64,000 bases of DNA, taken from the NCBI RefSeq assembly GCF_009914755.1, contig NC_060928.1. One strand, 5' to 3'. The DNA is from the human T2T-CHM13v2.0 reference genome, Homo sapiens. Numbering within the stretch: the first letter of the stretch is position 1; each line of letters opens with the position of its first letter. The position numbers were made by a program, and so were the translations under genes. A model generated the notes under the pieces. It had not been told where the DNA came from. It saw only the letters and a program-made list of their open reading frames with translations, and ran no database searches. Below are positions 56,309 through 64,000 of this stretch, piece after piece.

Positions 56309-57883
56309 TAACCTGGAACTTTCTAGGCCCTCCTGGAGTGAGAACTTCTAGCTCTGGAGGGGCAGTAGAGCCCAGCAATTAGGAGCACAGACCCTGAAGC
56401 CAGACTGCCTAGGTTCAAATTCTGGTATGGGGAACTTAATCTTTGCACCTGTTCCTTTATCTTGTGTACAGTAAGGATAGCAGCAGGACCTACCTTACAG
56501 GGTTGCTGAAGGTACTAATGAGTTAACCCATCAGAAGCTTAGCAGCACCTGGCTCTGTCTGCTGCTCTCATCACTGCTCTGTTCCTAAGCCTGGCCGTGT
56601 CCAGGCTGTGGCTACCACCTCGGTCAGCTACCACAGCCCTGCTTTGTGGCAGACACCTGGACCCTGAAGGAGAAACTAGCTCCGGAAGCACTTTCTCATG
56701 ACTCTGCTTAATAAAGGAATAAATAGTATTCAGAGTGTTTCAGTCCTTCTTATATGGACATTTCTCCCACAACAAACCTAAGGGGAAAGTGCCCATTTCT
56801 ATAGCAGCCAAAGCTGTGCTAATGGATAGAGCCTACATTTATCAGAAGTCCCCTCCAGAATGAGGAAATGGTCTACAGGCAGGCCCCGTTTCCTCCTCTG
56901 ATGCCCTAACTTCTTTCCATTTCTCTTTCCAAACCATGAAATCCCTATTTCAACTGCTTTTGACTAGAATACATGAACCCAAAAGTCCATTAAACCTATT
57001 CATTAGTAAAAACACTTTTCAAATTATTGTTAATTTCAAGAGTTTTAAAGCAGAACATTTTTTATTTTTTAAAGACGTATTTAAACATATAACAAAGGTT
57101 GGTAAACTGTTCTGAAAAATATCCAACAAATGGGGAGAAGTAACTAAATTATGGCCCATACAGCAAATAATGCAGTCATCTTCAGAACTTATTTTTTGAA
57201 GAATATGTAACAACGTGTAAAAAAGCCCACAATATAACTTAGGTGATAAAGTTAAATTGTCAAAATTGTAATCTTTAATTAACAATGTATGCTTAAAATT
57301 TGTTTATTGTATAGGGAAAAAAGACTGGAAGGAAATATAACAAAATGTTAATAGTATTTAATCTCTGGAAGAGCTTCATTTTTCCTATTTCCCAAATTTT
57401 CTCCAGTAAGTATGTATGACTCTTAAAATATGAAAAACAAATACAGCTTTTCTGTGGCAAGTGGTTTTTAGATATTAGACAGCTTTCAGAATTTTATTTA
57501 AACTTGAAGACCAGCAAATAATTCATAAAGAGAATCAGCCCAGGCACCTATATGGAACCACCAGTTTTGAGATTTTATTTTATTGTTTTTACTTTTTTTT
57601 TTCTAGAGATGGGGTCTTGCTCTGTTGCCCAGGCTGGTCTTGAACTCCTGGCCTCAAGCAACAAGCTATTTGCCTCCAGATGATCACATCCTTCTAAGGC
57701 AGGCAGCACAGGGGAGCAGGGCCCTTACTCACCTCCACTTAAGTTTTTGTCCAAGGGTGACACCCTCCAAGCCAGCCACACTTCAAGGAGTCTCCAATAT
57801 TTCACCCGCCCCTCTTGATTCCTCAAAGGTCATAAGTGAATCAATACTGTGTTGTTTCTAACACAGTCAAGAACATGAAAGTG

Positions 57884-58186
57884 GGCTGGGTGCAGTGGCT
57901 CACGCCTGTAATCCTAGCACTTTGGGGAGGCCAAGGAGGGCAAATCGCTTGAGCCCAGGAGTTCGAGACAACTGGGCAATATGGCAAAACCGCTTCACTA
58001 CGAAAAAAATACAAAAATTAGCTGGGCATAGTGATGTGCGCCTGTAGTCTAAGCTACTGGAGAGGCTGAAGTGGGAGGATCAACTGAGCCCAGGGAGGTG
58101 GAGAGGCTGCAACGAGCCATGATCATGCCTGTACTCCAACCTGGGCGACAGAGTGAGACCTTATCTGGGAAAAAAGAAAAAAAAAA
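57884..58186 (+). mobile_element. Alu (J-like)
   Basis: TSD gaaagtg. Confidence 0.92.
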
Positions 58187-58204
58187 GAAAGTGAAAATGT
58201 CATG

Positions 58205-59282
58205 ATGTAGAAAATGAACATAACTCAGATTATGTGATAGTTTTCTCTTCTTGCCATTATATACAACCCAAGGCTTGCCACAAACTGAAATTTCTTATGC
58301 ATTGACATTCAGCATTTGATGTAAAATGACAATCTTAGAGTCGCTGCCACAAACCCTGGTAAAACTGCCCCTGCCTTCTCCAGTTCACTAAGTTCAGCTA
58401 CTCCTTCAGGGCTTGTGCTCCTTTAAAACTTTTCAGAAGCCCCTTGAAGTACCAACATGTTGAAACTCAAACTCAACTGCCTGCAGCTTCAGATCAGCTC
58501 TGGCCACTGAGAATTCTTCTCCAGGCCCCAGTGTCAAAGGCACTTTTGACCATCATGTGTTTGTCTGACTACCAAGTTGGACTGCCAACCTTCACTAAAA
58601 ACTCCGGCACCTTTATCTACCTCCTGTCAGATCACCGCCTGTCAGAGAGGGAGGCCTAAAAAGGCTTCAGGATATCAACAGCTTTGAGCTGCCTTAGAGG
58701 AACTTCTTTTCTATTTTGTAGTACAGGAGCCTCATGCACTGCATCATCCAAACAAGACTCTCCACAAAACATTACTAATGGATTCTAATTGAACAGAGTT
58801 TGGTTACAAGAGACAGTAAACACAAATGGGCACCTGTTTTAAATGGCAAACTTACACAATAAATTCAATTGATCTTAAAAACTAAACATTCCTCTAAGGT
58901 TACTGACTATAAATATCTAGAAATTACTACTCCTATAGTCTTGCTATTTCCAGACAAGTGAAACTGGAAGGGAGAGAGGAGAAATACCCAGTTATAATGA
59001 CAAGACAACCTTATCTTTTCTCAAAAGCCTCCCCAAACACACAACCATTTTCCACAAAACAGTTACATCAAAAAAGATGTAGCAAGACCTAGACATTAAG
59101 CATGCTAGAAAGTAGGGACAGTTTTACCAGTGTTTGTGGCAGCAACTCTGAGATAGTCATTTTACATCAAATGCTAAATGTCAATGCATAAGAAATTTCA
59201 GTTTGTGGTAAGCCCTGGGTTATATATAATGGCAACAAGAGAAAACTATCACATAATCTGAATTACGTTCATTTTTCTGCAT
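58205..59282. repeat. Long non-Alu inverted repeat: arms 58205-58379 and 59107-59282
   Basis: Manual alignment of arm 1 with the reverse complement of arm 2: ~15 substitutions + 1 indel in 175 nt. Confidence 0.93.
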
Positions 59283-59556
59283 ACACCATGCATGCTGGTA
59301 CACTTTCAGTTAGCCTAAACTTCACCCAAAAGTAGAGGTGGCTATGAAAACTCTACCTGCATGGTATAAATAGATACCTAACCCTACATGCATGGGTCAC
59401 TTGTATCTACCTCCTAAATACCAAAAACTTAGAAGCCCAGATTTCTTTTCAGTCAGGCTGCCTGCGATAACAATAAAAATACTGCCAAAATAGGAACAAC
59501 AGAGACAGGAAGGAAATATGCCAAAATGCTTATAATTGTGGGGAAGGGTAATTTTT

Positions 59557-59851
59557 TGTTTTGTTTTGTTTTTTACAGAGTCCTGCTCTGTTGCCCAGTC
59601 TGGAGTGCAGTGGCGGGATCTCAGCTCATCACAACTTCTGCCTCCTGAGTTCAAGCGATTCTCCTGGCTCAGCCTCTCGAGTAGCTGGGACTAGAGATGC
59701 ATGCCACCACGCCTGGCTAATTATTTGTATTTTTAGTAGAGATAGGGTTTCTCCATGTTGGTCAGGCTGGTCTCGAACTCCTGACCTCAAATGATCTGCC
59801 CGCCTCGGTCTCCCAAAGTGCTGGGATTACAGTGAGCCACCACGCCTGTCT
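59557..59851 (-). mobile_element. Alu (S-like)
   Basis: TSD gggtaattttt. Confidence 0.93.
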
Positions 59852-61343
59852 GGGTAATTTTTTTTTAAGTATTCTGTTTACAGTAAATTCAGAAAACAGA
59901 AGTCTTTAATATGTCTGTTTTAAAGGGGAGAGGTATAAGGTGTGCGGCTAACAAGTTTATTTTTCTAGTCGCAGAATTTGGACTCGTGAAAGATTTTAGT
60001 CTAATGCAGTTTGTTCACAAATATAAGGAGGGGGGCCTCAGACTAGGGAGGTGTTTTCCGAGTTGAGTCAGAACAAGAAAGTAAGTCTCCCAAGACCTGG
60101 TCCTTTTCCACTATATCACACTGCACTGTCTGGCTCCAATCTGATGGCGAGCAATGGTTCCTTAAAAAGCTCCATCTTCTCAAGCCTACCCAGCACAGAC
60201 CTACAACTCAAACTTTAAGTTTTAGCCAGCCTAACCTTCCACGTCCACTTGAAAAAAGAAAAAAAAGAAAGAAACAATCAACCGGAAGCCTTTGATTTTT
60301 TTGCTAGCAAGAAGCCAATAATTGTTTTCTTTGGGACAATCACAGGTTAAGTTGTGAAATGGGTGGCAGAAACTGCAAGATTTAACCAGTTTCTCTCAAC
60401 GCTAATCAAAGGTCAAGAAAATAAAAGACAGGGCAGTGAGAGTCGCGGGACTTTAGACACTCCTGCACCAAGAAGCTTAAAAGTCTTAGCCAGGGCACTA
60501 GAGAACGCTTTTAGAATGGTCACTCTTAATCATGCTCCATAACCTTGAAATTGGACTGAGTGGGGAAGGGGTTTCCACACTCTCACAACGCACCGACTGG
60601 GGGAACGCCTGTCCCCAGACTCGAATCCACGTGTCCATTCAAGTCATCTACCGCCACTCTCCGTCTACGCTGCCAGGTGACAGACATCATCTTTGCTTCT
60701 CAATTTCAAAAAATGCCAGCACTCCTTAGATCAATGACTCCACGGCCAAGTGCAAGGGCCACGGGCACTCCTCTGGAGTCACCGAGAGAATGTCTGCCTC
60801 TGGCAGCGGCCTCTGAGCTGCCTGTGGGCCTCGTGCCGCCGCGCTGCGTGGGGCCGGCATCTCAGCGGGCGCGAGTGCAGTCTCGCCCCACGCGCGGTCC
60901 GAACGCCCGCGAGCCCGGCCTCTGGGCAGGCGGGGGCCGCGGACGAGGGCAACGTCAGCGGCCCAGCTGGGCCACCTCCTCCCAGCCGAAGCGCGGCCTC
61001 CGGCTGCTTCGCCGGGCCGGTCCCCGCCGCCGCACACACAAGGGTCGGTCCCGCGCGCATCCCCGGCCGCGCACCAGCCCCGCGCCCGCGCCGCCCGCGA
61101 CTCAGACACAGGAAGCTGCGGCAGCACGGGCACCCCGGAGGCCTCCGGCTGCCGAGGGAAGCGGGGCCGCGGGCAGGAGGCCGGAAAGGCGGCGCGGCCC
61201 CACGAGCCTGGGGTGGCTCACGCGCCTCCGCGGCGGCCGCTGCTCCGGGCTCGGCCCTGAAGGGCAACGTCAGCCGGCGCCTCGGCCGGGGCCCGGGCAC
61301 CGCCGCGGGAGCAGGCGCGGCTCCGCACGGCGGGCGCACTCAC

Positions 61344-61396
61344 CTCCTCCGTGGACCGGCCGCTCCGCCGCCGGCTGTCACTGCAGCCCACTCCCT
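61344..61396 (-). other. ACSL1: ACSL1 non-coding exon 1 (TSS approximate)
   Basis: Donor GGAGGAG|gtgagt at 61344/61343; TATA-like TTAAATA ~29 nt upstream of a CA initiator. Confidence 0.8.
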
Positions 61397-61418
61397 GCCC
61401 CGCGCCGGCTCTGGATGC

Positions 61419-61425
61419 TATTTAA
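61419..61425 (-). promoter_or_regulatory. TATA-like element TTAAATA
   Basis: The only AT-rich word in this part of the island, at canonical distance from the inferred TSS. Confidence 0.6.
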
Positions 61426-62904
61426 GGCGCCGCTGGCGCCGCCGCCTCGGCCCGCTGGTTGCGCCCCCGCCACCGCCGCGGCTGAGCCAGGATGCTGCTG
61501 GTGCGCTCGCCGCGCCGGCCCCGCCCTCCCGCGGCCCCGCCCCGCCCGCAGGCCCCGCCCCCGGCAGGCCCCGCCCCGCCGAGCGCCCGGCCGCCCTCCT
61601 GTCTGGGCGCGCGTGGCTGGCGGGTGGCCGGCGGTCGAGAGGCTGCGGCGGGCGAACGCCGCTGGAGTCGCCCAGACTGCCTCGGATTTCATAATGAATC
61701 TGAGGAAGGACAAAGGGTACATTGGACCGCCTCAGCTCAGAGGCCCCGCGGACCCTGGGCCCCGCGATGCCCGAGGGGCGGGCGGCGCCCTCCGGATCCT
61801 GCACCCTCAGCCCGTGCCCCGCTGGCCTCCTGGCAGGCCGGGCAGAATTCTGCTGCGAGGGCCCTGGAGGCAAGGGCCTTCCTCTCCGTTTTTCCTTGAC
61901 ACTGACGGGCGCGGCCCCACAGGGTTTCCCCACGCTCCCTGGCCGGAAGACCTTTTCTGTCTGGTGTCTGCAGAGCCTGACGTGGGCAGCGCCCGCAGCT
62001 CGCGCCGGTGCAGGGGAGCTGAGGGCCGACTGCGCGCTGCACCACGGCGGCCACCTGCTGTGCGGTTCTGAGGGCTTCCGCGGTTCTGAGGGCTTCCGCG
62101 TCCCTGCCATGCCCATCTGGGGGCTTCAGAAGCCAACACGATGGTTTTCGGGCTCACATCCCAAAGGCTGCTCTTCCTTTTAGCACCTGGGACCTACCAG
62201 GAACCTCAACCTCTAACAACATTGGTCCCCGTTACCGTGGAGTTTGCGCCCAGCGTTCGCTGGAGGGCCGTTTGAAGAATGATTGTTGTCGTAAAGGCCT
62301 TTGATAATAATAGATACTGTTTACCCAGTGCTTGATGCCAGGCATTGCTACAAACACTGCGTACACATTATTCTATTTAATCTTCATAACCCAGTGAGGT
62401 AGGTACTGTCATTACTGTCCTTTCACAGAAGAGGAAGCTGGGGCACAGAGGTTAAATGCTAGTGAGGGCAGTACCACACTTGGCACTCAGGCTGCCCCCA
62501 GAGTGTGGGCACAACCAACGCAGGGCTATGCCTGGGCTGCAGGCAGGGGAAACTGACCATGGGTTCGCTCCAGGCCTCAGCCACACTGCAGTTCACTCCC
62601 ACAAATAACTGAAGGACTTTCCCTGGGTGTCTCCCACAGTGTGCTGGGCGCAGTGGTGCAGTGGGGTGAGGACAACGCACACACCAGCAACCTCTCTAGC
62701 AGCTCAGTCCTTTTAGATCTCCATCTTCCAGATCTAGAAAAAATGGACTCCACGTTCGTTTTCACTGGTTCCCGCTTGGCTAATCCCTGGTTTTTCTGTC
62801 CAGATCTCGCCTCCCCATCCGTGATTTTGTCATCTTTGCCTCTCCTTTTTCCTCTTCTCCAACCGGTCCCTCAGCCCCAGAACCTCTGCAGGCACCTCCC
62901 AAGT

Positions 62905-63636
62905 TCTGTGGTCTATTTTTTTCAAGGGCTGCTGGAACGAAGTACCACACACTAAGTGGCTTCAACAACCAAAATATATGGTCTGTCCTGGTTCTGGAGA
63001 CTAGAAGTACAAAATCACGGCGTGGGAGGGCTGGCTGCTTCCGAGGCCCATGAAAGAGCATGTGTGCCCGGCCACTCTGGCTTGCAGATGCCCATCTTCT
63101 CCCTATGTCTCCTCACACCATCTTCCCTGTGGTGTGTGTGTGCAAATCCCTTCTTTCTATAAGGACACCAGTCATACTGGACTAGGGCCCACCCGAATTG
63201 CCTCATTTTAACTTGATGACCTCTGTAATCATGAGGTAATGTCCAAGTAAGGTCCCATTCTAAGATACCTGAATGCCCAGGCACGGTGGTTCATGCCTGT
63301 AATCCCAGCACTTTGGGAGGCCGAGGCAGGCAGATCAACTGAGGTCAGGAGTTCAAGACCAGCCTGGCCAACATGGTGAAACCCTGTCTCTACTAAAAAT
63401 AAAAAAATTAGCAGGGCGTGGTGGTGCGTACCTGTAGTCCCAGCTACTCGGGAGGCTGAGGCAGAAGAATTGTTTGAACCCAGGGAGGTGGAGGTTGCAA
63501 TGAGCCAAGATCACGCCACTGCATTCCAGCCTGGGAGACAGAGCAAGACTCTGTCTCAAAACAACTACAACAACAACAACAAACCCCTGAACATATGAAC
63601 TTGGGGAATGTGGGGGTGACAATTCAACCCGTAACA
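62905..63636 (-). mobile_element. MLT1 (MaLR) LTR interrupted by a plus-strand Alu (63273-63583)
   Basis: agggctgc...aagtaccacacactaagtggctt...ttctggagactagaagt...tataaggacaccagtcata and, after the Alu, ...caattcaacccgtaaca. Confidence 0.75.
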
Positions 63637-64000
63637 TGTGGATGGTCGTCACTGGCTGTCTCACCTTATCTCTTCTCCTCAAGACACTTTTCTCTTAAAC
63701 TGGGTGCCTCTCCCTGGGCTCTAGCCCTTAATGAGGTGATTTCCAACTCAAGGCTGGGAAAGGCAGACAACCCAGAATCAGACCTGAGTTCACACTCCTT
63801 CTGGCAGGAACTTCTAGGTGACATTGGGAAGCAACTTCATTCCTTAGAACCTAGATTTCTCCTCAGGCTATAAGGGGGCTTGGCTAAATAATCTCTTAGG
63901 TCTCTTTCAGCACACACACTTAAAAAAAAACAAAAAAGTTTTTATCTAATCACTCCAAAAAGTTTTACAATGTATGGGGTTGTCTTGTGGACTTGAGATA

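Larger units (their letters stand above)
60780..62120. promoter_or_regulatory. ACSL1: CpG island promoter of ACSL1
   Basis: Very high GC and CpG density; multiple GC boxes (ccccgccc) at 61519-61580. Confidence 0.93.

Noticed and set aside
60560-62183. 503-aa, 314-aa and other long ORFs across the promoter
   Set aside because: Ala/Arg/Pro/Gly-rich and open in several frames on both strands; expected from stop-codon scarcity in a CpG island

Overview
Human (primate) genomic DNA, rich in Alu/L1/LTR/DNA-transposon relics, containing the 5' ~70% of ACSL1 (long-chain acyl-CoA synthetase 1) on the minus strand. The CpG-island promoter and non-coding exon 1 lie near 61.4 kb. Coding exons 2-15 run from 38942 down to 295; all have GT-AG boundaries and splice in frame to 1432 nt of CDS, and the gene continues off the left edge. 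Exon 11 exists as two tandem 78-nt paralogous copies (F-gate and Y-gate) separated by a 66-nt intron. Intron 2 holds a processed PRG3-like C-type lectin pseudogene (SLED1/RTFV9368). The 3' end of that retrocopy supplies a strong-Kozak ATG and a donor site in frame with exon 3, a candidate anchor-less ACSL1 N-terminus. Intron 1 holds a non-Alu ~175-bp inverted repeat (~91% identity, 727-nt spacer) and several candidate alternative 5' exons. Repeat subfamily calls are by eye from recalled consensus sequences, and all functional proposals are hypotheses.
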